Assembly (NCBI GenBank): GCA_051047955.1
Contig: JBPGPT010000003.1
Coordinates: 248,001 to 312,000 of the forward strand
Reading direction: 5' to 3'
Origin: Cystobasidiomycetes sp. EMM_F5
Lineage: Eukaryota
Length of the DNA: 64,000 bases
This document shows, piece by piece, positions 49,101 through 63,137 of the stretch. Positions within the stretch are counted from its first letter, which is position 1, and every line of letters begins with the position of its first letter. The notes below the pieces were generated by a model, which made no database searches, was not told where the DNA came from, and worked only from the letters and a program-made list of their open reading frames with translations. The position numbers were made by a program, and so were the translations under genes.

Positions 49101-51118
49101 CGAACTTTCGAGCGCTCCGCTCCCTTAAACGTCCATGCGAGATTATATAATCGAGCATCTGGCCGCCGTTGACGTACTCAAATACCATGTAGTAGTGATT
49201 CGGATAGACGAGCATTGATTTCATGCCAGTCACGTATGGATGATGGAGTAGTAAACTTATCGAAGCTTCGCGGGTGGTCCGAACTTCCTTCGACAAGTCT
49301 TTTGCGTATGCTTTTGCAAGGAATGACTCTGTCGGTGCTCTGCTCGAGGTACCGACTGCGTCCGTGTTAGAACCGGTCGCATGCCCCTTGCTACGCGAGC
49401 GCGAGCTTTCCGCATTTTGCTGCTTAGCGGCAGCTGTAGAGGTAAATCTTGGCACAATTTTGATAGCAAACTACATCAACACAATTGTGTCAGCCTTCGG
49501 ATAATATGCATGTCTGACGGTGCACTCAAATTACCTTTTCTCCAGTAATTGTACTAACGCCCAATTTGACTTTGCCCATACTGCCGGCGCCGAGGGTCTT
49601 GCCTAGAGTCCATTCCCCTAATTGTCGACGGGAAGAAGCTGCTCGTTCTGTTTCTCTGTCTCGTTCCTGCTCCGCTGCAGCCGTCCGCTCACGTTCGCGG
49701 CTGGGTATTGCACTGAGTTGATTCGCAACACCTGACGAGCTACCCTGCTGGCCGTTGCCCAGCACCGATTGATTATGTCGCGAATGCTCTGCCGCTAACT
49801 GCGTCCTCATGGAAGATTGGCTACGTACTGCGGCACTGCCACTGCTTACCTCCAACGGTTGTGAACGGCTACTGCCGGCAGTAGGGCGTGTCGTAGCATT
49901 TGCAGTCTTTTGCTCGGAAGTAGACACGTATAGCTGCTCGGTATCGCGTGCAGCATGAGTGGCCTCATCGTGAAAACCATTTGCGATGACGGCCGGAGGA
50001 GAGTCACCATTCCCTAAACGACGAGGAGATTGACCGTGACCATGCACATCCATGCTAGTCATTGTGTCATCTGTTTCAGTGGTGCGAGCAGAGTCACCTC
50101 GACTCCTCCTATCCGCCTTCTTTTGCGAGTTGAGCTCCTCCGCTAGCTGACTCGCTATCCGCCTTGACGTAGAAGGTGCAGTATTATGTGTCCGTGAGCT
50201 ATACGTATCACTAGACAGCCTTTGGATGTCCGTTCCAGGCGATTGTACATTGCCTTGATCGATCATCGTCTCGTCATTCATGTTCACCCGCATGGCTTCA
50301 GAGGATATGGATGTGATACCTGCGACGGTTTCTTGGATAGCACCAGAAGTAGTGTTGCTCGCCTCGGCCAATTCCACTAGGGGTATTGGCTGCATCGGAC
50401 TGCCCGACCCTTCTGCCACAGTATCGCCTTCCTGCGACGGCTCTCGGGACAGTCGAGAAGGACGATGACTGTGAGTATATGTCTGCCCGTGTTGGCGAGG
50501 GCTGCCTCTTCCTGGAGGCGATTCTGTCGCAGGGCGAGAAGCCGAGTATGCTGTTGCTTCGTCAGAGTCGGAGACGTAGGACGATGATGTAGAGGAGGAG
50601 GATGTGGTACGACGAAGTGCAGATGGGCGAGCGTGCCGCTGTGACTGATCTCTTGCTCTAGCATGGTGTTGCCCGCTCGAGACTCCGCCCAACCTGGATG
50701 AAAGAGCCTCTGATACGGCTCCATCGGACATGGACAGCGACCTTATATCCTCGCTCGCAGGAGTAGAGACGTTTGATTCGGTTGGACTGCCTTCTCGAGG
50801 TGCACTGAACCCCGACATTGTCCTAGAGGGTTGCCGTCGTGCATGACCTGGCTGATTGTGACGGTGCGATTGCAATGCAGCAGACTCGGCGTGCGGATCT
50901 GGGTGTACGTCAGAGACTAGATCTGCTGGATGCGTGCGGTGGGATGCTGTGCTTGTGCTGGCAATTTGGGAGATGTTGCCGTCTACATCATGCAACGTTG
51001 ACGCTGCATTGTCGTGTGCGTATTGCGACTGCGATCCAGAAGCCGAAACACTTCCAGCACCTTGTGATTGCGTCGCAGCTTCGTCCTGCAGAATTGGCTG
51101 CTGGTCCGCTAGTTCCAT
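46199..51118 (-). CDS. KIN1: MARK/PAR-1 family Ser/Thr kinase with a C-terminal KA1 domain
   Basis: [75 protein letters not shown]1 RFEIFIVK...[14 protein letters not shown]...ELKL*. Confidence 0.95.
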
Positions 51119-52931
51119 GCCAGTCTTCGTGCCCGCTGCCGGCGTGCACCTTTGGAATCCAGCCTCGACACTGCTGCCTCGACGAGCAAGCCGCCCGCTC
51201 TCCAGGCTACTCGCTTGCGCGGTGTTGAGTCTCAGCTTTCCTGTTGACAGCGATGCTAGCCAGACTTTGGTAAGTTGCAGCACACTTCGAAGACGGGAAC
51301 ATTGCAGCCTTGATCACAAAAAGGCACAAAGCACGTTGTCTACGTAGAGGGCTACACTACATTTACGCAAGGACAAAGTTGCGTAGAATAGTAGAGTCTT
51401 CTCTCTCACGCTCTCTCCTCCACCCGCATGCATACGTCGCACTCGCAGCTTGTCAAGCTGCCCTCTAGCTCTCCGCAAACTGGACTGTGCAACGAATAAG
51501 CCTCTACTTGCGAAGCCATCCATCTCGTTAGCTCGAGGTGATGACACGCGTCGATGTGAAGACATGTGCTCAAGCTGACGGCGTAGGCACCATGCTTGAA
51601 TCGAAAGCTAGTCAGAATCGACTTGAGCGCATGCATGCAGTAATATTCGGTACCAAACGCGACTGGCGCACTCCAACTCGACGACGAGGGTTGAGATCCA
51701 TCAGTGCATGACTGTCTGAGACGATGGTACTGCACAAACATCCCTAGCCTGTCGTGCGAACCGAATGGCCAGACATGGCAAGTGCGTAGTACTTAGGCTT
51801 TACTCTGGGTTGTACGGCGGTGGCAGCGAGCATCAAAATCTAGTCGGCTAATTGTAGAGAGTTAGCTTCATCATCAGTATTTCAGCCTCTCGAAGCGCCA
51901 TTTCGCGGTATCTTTGTACATTCATACCAGGTCACCCTTGGTGCCTCGCTGTCGTCAGGCTTCTTATCATTCATCAGTGCATAGAAGGTATCATAGCTAT
52001 CTCCTGCGAACGCTGATCCAATTAGGCTGCGTGTTGTTGTCTTCACGGTTGCGGGGAAATCGGGAGCTGCTCGTATGGGAAACAGCCAGCTGGTCGAATC
52101 TGCTGCAACCGACTCATGGCACCGTGTTACCAAATGAATCAGCATTCAGTATGCCGATAGAGGAAGATGCCAGCAGGTCCGCACAGCGGCTACCGGTCGG
52201 AAGACCCGCCTCGCGCCCATCTGCGAGTGATCTCTGAGAATCAATGTCAAGGAGCAGTGTCGATTGCAGGCTGGCGACGCATGCATCGAGACGTTCGCTC
52301 CATCGTTCTGTCCGGGTTGCGGGATTTGCGTACAGTATTGATTTAACTCACAGCCTAGCTCGCTTCGAGACTACAATCATACCGGACATTTGCGCTGGGC
52401 TTCATCCAAACTGATCATGAACTCAGGATCCAACAGCGAGCGCAGAGAACACGTTAACCATGTCACTCCCACTTCCGTCTGGTCGTTAGATTAACACCTC
52501 TTCCTCATCCCGAAATTTCCTTCCTTCAATACCATCGCAGTCCGTGCTTCGTCGAGGACGACGACATGGAAGGGTGATGAAGCTACATCCCTCACTTTAC
52601 CTGACGGTCTGCCTTCAACATCTCAGATCTGAGGTCGTTCCATGTCTTGCATGACTGGTATCACGTCACTTGAGGATGTGCGACCAGCCATTCCTGCCGA
52701 AATGAAATCATCACGACCAGCCTGCGGCAGCCTGGCTCAACGTCTACTATGTCATGCGGGATTGCTGCGGAACTGCTGCCTACGTATAAGACTGGCTATC
52801 CAATACTACTTCTTGCCTCCGCTCCAAGGCCTGGCGCTTTGACCATATCCACTCTAACGCTTTCATTGCTCCGGTAGCAACTCCTTCGCCTACAGCTTAT
52901 CCTTCACCTACCAGCCCCTCCGCCTGCTACT

Positions 52932-55842
52932 ATGAAGCTCAACACGTCGACAGTCCTGCTATCGACACTTGCGCTGGCCGCATCGTCGCCTTCGATTGTT
53001 GCAGCCCCATTCCCGGTAGCCGACTCACAACCCAACGACAGCAATGTCCAGCATGGTCACAGCACTACTGGTACACCTTCCCTCGGTGCATCTACAGGTC
53101 CAGGTGGCTCGTCGATGCACAACGCAGATTCACTTGAAGCGTCCACACTGTCACCTAGAGCTCGCGGTTCAGACAGATTCGGGGGTTTGAGCAATGCCTC
53201 TGGCAATCCCGCCATGCGTAGAAGTTCGCATCTGGCGCGTAGCACAGGTGCAGGAGCCAAAGAGAGAAGAGTAATTTGTGAGGTCTTTCTTCCATTGCTC
53301 GATACCCTAGTCGCTCAAGATCCCGCTTGCTTGCGTCACAGCTATGGAAGCTCGACAGCTTCCCAACCTCGACGCTTTGGGTATACTTCAACCAGCCACC
53401 TCCGGTCTGGGCCTTTCGAACTTGAACGGCCTTACAGGATCTGTGGCTGGACTACCAGGAGCTGCAACCGGCTTGGCGACCGGCCTTACCGGCGGGCTCA
53501 CGCAAAGCTTGTCTGGCGGCCTTGACGGCACTGTACAGGGTTTTGTGAACAGTCTTGGAGTTGGCGGATTGACGAACAGTGTCAACGGCTTGCTGGAAGG
53601 TCTTCCTGTGGCAGGACCGCTTGTTGGCCAAGTTGAAGGACTCACTGGCTTATCGGGTTTGCTTGGACAGTCAGGTAGTGCCCCAAACACTCACGCTGCT
53701 GCCCCCCTCTCCCGCACGGGCTCCGGCCCTCTAGCGCAACTACTACCGAATTCGGATCCGCTTGCGGGACTTCAGCTTAGCAGCTTGAACGGACTTCCTC
53801 TACGACCTGAAGATCTCGAAGCGCAGTTACAAGCTATTCTCAACAAAGCACATACCGCAACGAATCTCCCGTCTGATGTCACCTCACAAGCCCCATTACC
53901 TCTTCCTGTTGGAGACGTACCTGCTCTGTCTGCGCTGAATCTCCCGTCGCTCCAGAACCAGATTGCAGCCGCACAAGCGCAATTGGCCAACCTACAAGCG
54001 CTTGCAGCTGGACTCAATCCACAAGGCCAGCACCTGAATCAGCTCCCGGACGTTTTGACGTCACTTCAAGGCATTTCTAACCCGGCACAATCTCTTCAAG
54101 GTGTGCTCGGATCCAACGCTGGAACGGTTGCTGCCTCCGCCCAACAGCTTCCTCAGCAGCTTTCAAGAGTAGCCGGCGCCATTCAGAATGCCAATCCGGG
54201 CTCGTGGCCTCAATCACCAGTCTCCGGCTCATCTTATGATCTAGCAAACGCACAGAGAATCGCTACGCAGCTTCAGCAGCAGGCAGGCCTCCAGGGTGCA
54301 AGAATACGACTGGCTACCGGACAGAACAGCACCAACGTACCGGGATTGAACGGCACACTACCAGCCGAGCTTGGACATGCTTCATCTGCAGCAACGCAAG
54401 CGCTACCAGTAAATCTCACGCAGGGCGCGCTGATGAATGCCACCGATCTAGCTGTACCAACGCCTTCCGCTAACAAAGTCAAATTCGCTGGATCAGCCAC
54501 AGTCATACCCGAGCCTGCAACCAAGGTCACACTACCCTCCGTATCATCAGCGTCATTTACAGAGCTGCTGTCTACGGCATTGGCATCATTGGAGCCTTCC
54601 GCACTCGCCGCTGCTTCAACGGCTTCTATCACCACTGCTCCTATTTCTTCTTCGCTCCTGCCTTTTGCATCGTCGGCATCATCGGCCAAGGCTCCAACAT
54701 CTTCGTTACCCGCTAAGCGATCCGATGAGGCAGTCAATTCCACTGATTTGCCATTAGACGAACCGCCGACAGACGGGACCACAACCTCTCAGCTTCACCC
54801 TCTACAAGCTACTTCACCCACGGTGCACCGTCGTGCAGAAGAATTTGATCTGTATCCACTAGACTCGCCTGATGCCATATATCACTCTGCTCCGACTACG
54901 CCTTTAGCATCATCAGCAAATTCGTCGCCTCGACTTCCAGCTCGCTTTGCAAGGCAACGTCGCCAGGAATTCGATGAGGATTGGACATCGGATTGGCAAC
55001 CTGATGACACGGTCTACTCGAAACGGGAGGGATTAGGCCGGCGGCTGCGTCGGGATATTGACGTCGAAGCACATCTGGGATCTGACGGACCAGTGAGACA
55101 GGCGGGGAGCGGACGAGGCCGCAGCGGAGTCGCCAACTTCCACAAAGACCACTACAGTAAAGCCAGAGTGGACGAATCCATCTCTGTCAAGTCTCAACAA
55201 CACACACATTTGCATCAACACGACCACAGCGGTAACCGCGGCACATTGATCGATCTTGATGCACTCGGCGTGCATATTGGTGGACGTGGTTTACGGCCGA
55301 AACTTGGACGATCAATTGCATTCACCTCGCAGCATCAGCTTGGTACGTGGGAACGCAGAGTCCGAAAGCGGGACGATGGCGATGAAGATGCGCCAGAGGC
55401 AGAGGAAGAACCCGCACCCGAAGACGCAGCAGAAGAAGAACCTCCAGTAGACGATGTTCCAGTTGATGATGCCCCAGTCGAGGATCCTGTCCCAGATGAT
55501 CCAGCACCCGAACCTCAGCCAGAAGTCGCTCCGCCCCCACCGCCTCCGGCTCCACCCGCGCCCGCACCAGTTGCGCCAGTCCCAGCGCCGGTTCCTGCAC
55601 CAGCTCCACCAGTACCTAAGGTTGCACCCAAAACTGCAGCTCCTCCCGCTAAAAAGCCAAAAGCAAAGGCAGGTAAGCCAAAGAAGGACAAGAAGCCCAA
55701 AGCTGTAAAGCCAAAGAAGGCTGCTCCCAAGCCCAAACCACCGCAGGCTGCAAAGATGACAAAGAAGAAGGCAGGTAAAGGTGGCAAGCTGAGACGATGG
55801 TTAGAATCCATTTTTAGCGAGTGGACAGCTTTGACGTTGTGA
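52932..55842 (+). CDS. Large secreted modular low-complexity protein (one intron, ~53248-53341)
   Basis: Signal peptide MKLNTSTVLLSTLALAA...VAAP; Gly/Leu-rich, Ser/Thr-rich, acidic, Pro-rich and Lys-rich blocks separated by dibasic sites. Confidence 0.75.
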
Positions 55843-56046
55843 ATGATTAGCTGCGGCGATATGTCATGGGCAGTAAGCAGCCCAATTATTCAATCAGACA
55901 CCCAGATGCACTACGCATTGCTACTCTATTGCTTCCCTGCATCTGGAAAACAGTGCATATGCTGATTGACAAGTCCATATTGGTGGAACATCGAGCTATC
56001 CCAATCATGCGCACATGCTCTGCTTGTCCATACAGCCTAGTACAGC

Positions 56047-56790
56047 TCAGATGCCTCGGTTACCCGCTGCGGCAGCAACGGTGTTTTGGACCGTCGGGTT
56101 GATTCGCTTTCCGTCTGGTTTATGTGGAACTGCTTAGTTCGAGTCGTGATGTCGCTCATTGAATCATGCCTACCCTTCTGGAATCGCACACGTGGGGGAG
56201 GAGCACGATTGCGTCTACCTTCTCGTGATCGTACACGGACGATGTGCGAGTGGATAGCGCAAGACACGCAGTAGATGAGTTTCGAGTACATCTTTGGCAG
56301 AACGTATTCTGCAGAGTACGAACGTAACCATCAGCCTCTTACGCTTTCGATAGCTTATGAGGTGATGTCGCACCTGGGTAAACGGATGCATCGGATAAAT
56401 CACGAATGGCAGCAGACTCGACCATGTTGCGGACGGTGAATCTGTAAATAACATCGAGAATACATAAGCATATATGACCTATTCTCCATGTCGTTGATCT
56501 AATCTTCAGCTCACCTCTTGATGGCCTTGTCTTTTGGCACGCATCTTGAGCAGTTTGAGCATCTCAGGAAGGCGACCTAAATAGCCAGCGGCATATTCAT
56601 AACAGAGTGCAGGACACGCGGTGACGGTATTGACGGCACAGAGTGTGTCGAATAGTCGAATATCAAACATCGCACAGTCAGCTCGTCGGGTTCGGTTGCA
56701 TGTACTGCCACTCGGCGCTCATAGTCAAGCTGAGCGTACGTGGCCTCTGCCCTTCTTGTTTCGGCCTCCTGCGCGTCTCTTCTTTGTCAT
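56047..56790 (-). CDS. RPS26: 40S ribosomal protein S26 (eS26), 5 exons
   Basis: [100 protein letters not shown]. Confidence 0.97.
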
Positions 56791-58190
56791 GTTTGTCGGT
56801 GTGTAGTAGCACTCTAGCCGTTCCTCTTCGCGACCTCTCTCCTCCCTCCCTCGCAACTCGGCCTTCCTTCGATCAGCTTTTTGGCGAGTTTTTCCTCGAA
56901 GGAGAAGAGGAGAAAGGAAAGAGAGAAAGAAGCCAGGTCCTGGGACAGCGTGGTTACTCTGCCTGCAACGTATTTCGGAGCTCAGGCTACACGTTCACTA
57001 TCGTGCTCAGATCTTGCTTCAAGTTCGTGCGGGCCCTATCGACATATGCATGATGCCCTACGATTCAAAGGGACATTTCATCTTAATCCTAACCAAAGAC
57101 TCCTTTGCTATTCTAACTTGACTGGCTTGCGAAACTGCTTGTATTGAAGCGATTTCATTCTGACTAAACAAGCCTTTCCGTCCGTTTACATTAATTTAGG
57201 TTTAAAACAGTCGCACGCCGGCCAGCGCAAGAAGTTCCCATGTTCCGTTCTGCATTTCTTTGCATCTGTCTTCTGCCTACGTCTGGCGCATTGCTCTCCA
57301 TCCGTCCTTTTGCGATCCTTCCAACCCATATCAACCGAAGTATGTGCGATACGAGAACGCAGTAGACAGCGCTACCTCGATTCGTTCAGCAACGATATAA
57401 CCTACACCTCCGCGTCCAAGTACCTGGGTCAGCGGTGTTGACGTGGCTGTCAGCGTACTTTCTCTCTTTAAATATGAGTCTTTTGGACGATACTGGAAGA
57501 GATTGCGCTTGGAAGACAGAGTATACACCTGGCTACGCATACACGCGCTGTATGATGCACGCATAACACTACCAGGGGTGGTCCATTGGGATAGTCAATC
57601 TGTCAGCGCTGGCCGCGGCAGCTAGCCTACAATCCGGTAGCTGTTGAAGTTGGCATAGGAGCAGTGAGCATTTACCGGCTATGCTGCGACCGAGGTCAGA
57701 TACGACTTGTTGTATGTGGACCACTGACATGGAGCTTGCGCATATTCCTATGGCATCTAAACCAAGTTTCATGACGTGTGCGCTCGTTGATTGCCGAATG
57801 ATATAGACAACTTCTTCAGCATTCGACGACTCAGAAGCTGTATGACGTTAGCGCAGATATGAGCTTTCAATGGTGCGAGCTCGGTGCCGACATTCGCATC
57901 TAACGGACGATGATGACTGCGTTGTTTGTAGGCTGCAAGGACTGCTTGGGTTGCCGAGTATGACTTGGTCAGTCATGAGTGTTATGCCTGTAGCCATTCA
58001 TCTGAGAAGAGATGGTCCAGAATGGTCAAACACGATGTTCCAGCATGACCAAACTGGCGATAGGGTATGCTGCCGAGTCGCGGTGTTTGCACCTCTTCCT
58101 CTCGACATACAATCATTCTTGGAATCAGTCACACCGCTTGAAGCTGCAAAGGGGCTGGCCGACGCGTCGCAGCTCGACGCTGTTCCCGCA

Positions 58191-61100
58191 ATGGACATCG
58201 ACGTCGAAGCAGAGTCAGCGGCAATGGACAAGCAGCAGCATGAGGCAGGGCAGATGGACGAGGGTACTGGAAACGTGGGGGAGAGCCAGCAGGACACGCA
58301 GGATACTGCAGTATCTGAAGCAGCAGACGCCGAAGAAGCAGAGTCAACGCGCCCGAAGCCAGCTCGCGCACCCCGAAAACGCAAGCGACTGGCGATAGAA
58401 GCGCATCTGCACGGCCTCACAAACGAAGAACGGGCAGCGATATTTGCGTCCATACAGCAGGACAATGTTACGCCAGAGCCCGGTAGTGTGCAGCTGGATG
58501 CGGACGACGAGGGCGTCGACGAGCATTTGCCGTCCGGTCCGCAGGCCAATCTGTCGGGATCAACAGAGGAAGAGATTCAAGAACGGCGACGCATTATACG
58601 GACTTCATGGCGCATGGCAGCCATATCCCAGTTTCATGTAACCTTTCCGCAGCTATCCCTACGCGACTTTGACGTTGGGAGGCTCGAAGCTGACCTCGAC
58701 GGCTCATCGACTGTCGACGAGCCAGGTCTGTACGCCGGGCACGTCATCGGAAGGCTGCTCTACACCTTGACAAAGGACTCGAGACTGGCGCAAGTCTTGT
58801 TGCTGATATCCTCCCGTCGGTCCTGGCTGACTATCTATGCTATTCTACAGAGGTGACCCGAGAGAGACACCATGGCTCGTTCGCCTGCGTCGCGAGTACC
58901 TAAAACGCGATCCCGCCCACAACAGTTTGGGTGATGAGCCGCCCGAGCTGGAAGATGACGCTTCTATAGCTGAACACGCTTCACCCGGGCCTACCGATGA
59001 GAAACTAGATGTCAAGCCATCACTACCTGATCTCGATGGGTCGCAGTCTGAAGCTGCAGCTGCATACCAGCCGCAGCAGTCCCAATCTGACATGCAAGTG
59101 CCCAAGCTAGAGATCACCTCTGCCGAACCTACGGCGTTATCTGGTGAAGTGTCCACCTTGCCTACCACTACTACTTCATATGGGTGGGAGCACCTGACAG
59201 TCGAGCAAAAGGTTCGCCTCAGCACAGCCTACAAATCGCACATTTTTCCCTAACTATACATCACTCATAGATTCACGCCGTCTGGTCGTGCTGTGAGTGG
59301 CATTTCTCAAACGCCGAGAAGTTTCGCAACTACCTCAACAAGTATCGCGTTGAGGACGAGCACGCCCTCTGGGTCAGTAGCGAACGCATGGGTCATCGCT
59401 CTCGATAACATAGCTGACTGTTACTTGCTTGTGCTATCGTAGCGCGTCGAGCCGCTTGGTCGCGATTCTGGCGGCAATGTCTATTGGCTATTTGACGACA
59501 ATCGGCTCTGGATAGAACGTGAGACGCCTCGCAAGCACGAATTGCGTCTTGTATCGGAGGAAGCCGGGAGATTGAAAGCTGCACGTCGCCGCGCGCACAA
59601 GAAGGCTATGCGCATACGAAAGCGGGAAAGACTCCGTGCCTTTCACGACAAGCGGAGGGAACAGCTCGCCATCAAATTGGCGGCAGAACAGAGTGCCAAA
59701 GCTGGCAAGCAAGCTGCTGCGGAACGCGCAAAACAGGAAGTCGCCCTCCTCGATGCGCAAATTGCAGAAGAGGATGCCGCAGCGGAAGCGGCTTTGCGCG
59801 CTAAAGGCAAGCGGAAACGTCAAGTCTCGGACAGCGAAGATGAAGTTTCGGCTGCAGATATCAGCTTGCGCTCTTCTGCTCGCTTGACAAGAGGTCGAGC
59901 AGCCAAGCCCAAACCTCCGCCATCTCGGCTCTCGTCGCGATTGCGCGCGACTCGAAGCGGCGTCATGGAGGATGAGAAGAAGCCTAGCGTAGATGCTGAA
60001 TGGCAAGCTGTCCCTCCGGAGTGGCTCAAATCGGAGGAACAGGAAAAGGATGAGGACCCGGATTTCGGAGCTGCCGAAATTGGGGACGAAAGCATGTCTG
60101 AGGCCAGCGATATTGACGATGTGCAAGAGAATGAGGACGACGTGATTCGCAGCAAACGACGGACGAGCACGCGTGGCAACCGACCGTCGACCTCAGCGAG
60201 GCCTTCAGCATCGTCTAGGCGTAGTCCAAGGAAAGTGCAAGCGAGTGATAGCAAAACTGCATTAGAGGAGGAACTGGAGGAAGAGCTTGCTGACAGCGAT
60301 TTGTCAGAGCTGAGCGACTTGGGCGAAGAGGGAGAAGAAAGGGATTCCGACGAAGAAATACTGAGTAAAGCAAACAACCGGACGGGTCGTTATCCCGACT
60401 CCGCATACAACACTGGACCATCCTTCGATGACGAAGACAAGGACTTGCCTGATGGCTTTCATCGTTGGGAAGCGGTATGTGATGGCAATGCAAGACGGCT
60501 TCCGCACCTGACACTAAGCTTCGTTTGCTTAACCTTACAGATCTGCACCAATCTCGACGAGTGGGCGGCATTCGAAGATCGCTTCCCTAACTCCACCCAT
60601 GAGAGCGAAGTGAGCCTTCTTGCATTCGTCAGCGAGCGCATTCTCCCGGGGGTAAAGGCAGACTATGAGCGAAGGGAGGAAGAAAAACGCAAGAAAGCGG
60701 CGGCAGCCAAGCGAGCGGCGTTGAAGGCAAAGGCTAAGAGTGAACAGCTTTCGGTACCTGCAACTACGTCTAGCGCGTCCTCGGTACAATATATCCAGGG
60801 AGGTCGTCAAAGGTCGTCACGCCTTGCGAAAAGAGAGCATGTGGCGGATGCGGAACGCAAATTGCGTGAGGCGGAATCACCGTTGCATTACTCTGATGGC
60901 GGGACAAGGAGGGAAAGGGACCCGAGCGAGCAGCGAGTGGTAGAAAGTGATCGTCGCGCACAGAGAGCGCGTCAGAGGGAAGAAGAGAAGAGGCAGCGCG
61001 AGGAAGCTGCGTTGTTGGCGGCCTTGAGCGAGTCTGCCGCACAGCAGGATGAAGACGGTTCGGTTGTCAAGACTGAAGGGCAGGATCCAGCTGGCGCACT

Positions 61101-62214
61101 CACGAATCATTATGCTCACGAGGAGTTGAGCGTCATGCCAGACACCAGCTTTCCAATGCAAACTGAGGCGGGCTCCAGCAGTGTCACTCTTCCAGGAATC
61201 CAAGCTTTCAACGATGTTACGATGGAAGACATCCCCGTCGGTGCTGAAGAAGTACCGTTCGAGAGCGACGACTACTACTTAGACTGCTCGGTGTGTAAGA
61301 GGCGTGGCATGAACCTCGATGTCACTGCCAAACTGGTACAGTGCGATCATTGCGACAGATGGGAGCATGTCGTGTGCCATCGCAAAGCGGACGAGAGAGC
61401 CGGTCTACCCAAGCGCGATTTCGATGTGGTGGACTTTGTCTGCGAAGATTGTGACGGACTGGCCAATTCTTCCGTTGTGATTCCGTCTGCGCCGAAGCGC
61501 GCACGCTCCGACAAGCAGATGGCAGGGGCCATCAAAGGCGCACTGAAGCGAAAGCAAAAGCTAGAGCAGCAACGCTTGGAAAAGGTCGCAAAGGACGGAG
61601 GTAGCGCTGCGTCCCCTGTCTCGACGCCTACAGTTGCGACTGCTTCAGCAACCCGGAAGCGACCTTCCCGGGGCAAGGCACAGCCTGCCATAGCAGAAGC
61701 CAGATCCGATTCTTTCGACAGCCTACCAATCACCGATGCTGTTCCGGAACAGACGAACCCACTTTCGACCACAGCGATGGCATTCCACAGCGGCATGTCT
61801 TCGCTACTTCACCCGTCCACAACAGCAAGTATGCCGGCGGCGGCTCCTGCTCATCATCAGCAAATTCCGCATGGAGACTCCATCCCAATTGCGTACAGTC
61901 ACTTGGCCCCAGAAGCTGCGTTCGGTGCTCAATACGGTTACAATACGAATGGTTCGGGAGCAAGCAGTGGCAGTATAAGTGTCCCACAGCAAGGCTCGAT
62001 ACCGCCGCAATCGTTGCCGTATACAGTGCCAAATGTGACGAATGGACATCCGCCGCCCTCGTATCCACAATATTTCGCCAATCCAGCCGTCGCATCTGCA
62101 GGCATTCCTCCGTTCCCATCTGTGCAAAACGGAGCGCAGTACCCAGTGGCCGGTGCATCCCAGCACAATATGCTCGATCCTGCCCTCATGCAGGCTCTTC
62201 AGCAATCGCGGTGA
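58191..62214 (+). CDS. DDT/WHIM/WSD plus PHD-finger chromatin-remodelling subunit (ISWI accessory, RSF1/Ioc-like); start uncertain
   Basis: IRTSWRMAAISQF (DDT-like), WEHLTVEQK|IHAVWSCCEW (WHIM1-like), RVEPLGRDSGGNVYWLFDDNRLW (WSD-like), PHD CSVC...QCDHCDRWEHVVC...FVCEDC. Confidence 0.78.
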
Positions 62215-63137
62215 TACTAGAAATTACAGTAGAGTGATTGCAAATTCGCCGCCAGAGAAGCTGTTCACTGTGAGAAGCTGTATTTACAATCTTTGCTATT
62301 TCAAATGTCGTTCATAATCATGATGTCTCCACTGTATCTTCAACGCGATCCAACGCGTTTTTCGCGTTGTATGGCACTAGCTTTCACGCGCAAACTTGTG
62401 AAAACCAAACGCGTCTGCTTTTAGTCATAGCTTCTCCGAGCAACATCGGGGAAGTCAGTTCGGCATTGCAGCGTGCCTGAGAAATAGTCAGCAGCGACAG
62501 TCAGCACATGCAGCTGATGCAGAGTGAGCGAGTGCAGCCATGATTTGTACGTTTGTAATGCCAGCTGTCAGTAGTGTAAAGGCTGTTGTACAATGGAAAG
62601 CCGTGTATATGACTGGCATACTAGTTGAGATTTGTGATATGAATGCTCTGGACGTTCACGAAGAATCGCACGTTCAGAATGTATTTATCGTATCTTGTGG
62701 GCCTTATCGTGCATCCAGTCTCTACAGCATGACACCATCTCTAGCTGCTGACTGTGGTTCGGCAGCGGTCGCGCTCTAGTGGGTCGATGTCGATCGCCCT
62801 AAGGCGGTGCCTGTCATTCGCGGACGTACGAGTCGTCTAAGTCCGAGGCAGGGAGCGAGTAAGCAGCTGCTAAGCCCGGAAGGCCGAGCAAATGGCTGCT
62901 GACAATAGTCTTAGCGCCTGCGCTTACTGCCGAGAGTGGTCGTATTTGCGCTCCACACTAGCGGGCACTGATGAATCAAAGGGAATGAGTCAGGCGTAAA
63001 CGAAACATTAGAAAGGCAGGAGAGAAGCGAGACCTGGCTCTGCTCTTGACACTTGCGCACACAGCACATCAATCCAGCACATTCTACAACACCGCCTCGT
63101 TCATCAATCTTGCACTCTTCCATCACTGTTTGTCAAC

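Noticed and set aside
51882..52145. 87-aa minus-strand ORF in the KIN1/secreted-protein intergenic region
   Set aside because: No motif, homology or consistent splice model.
57331..57772. Two short minus-strand ORFs upstream of RPS26
   Set aside because: Could not be joined in frame with plausible splice sites; no recognisable family.
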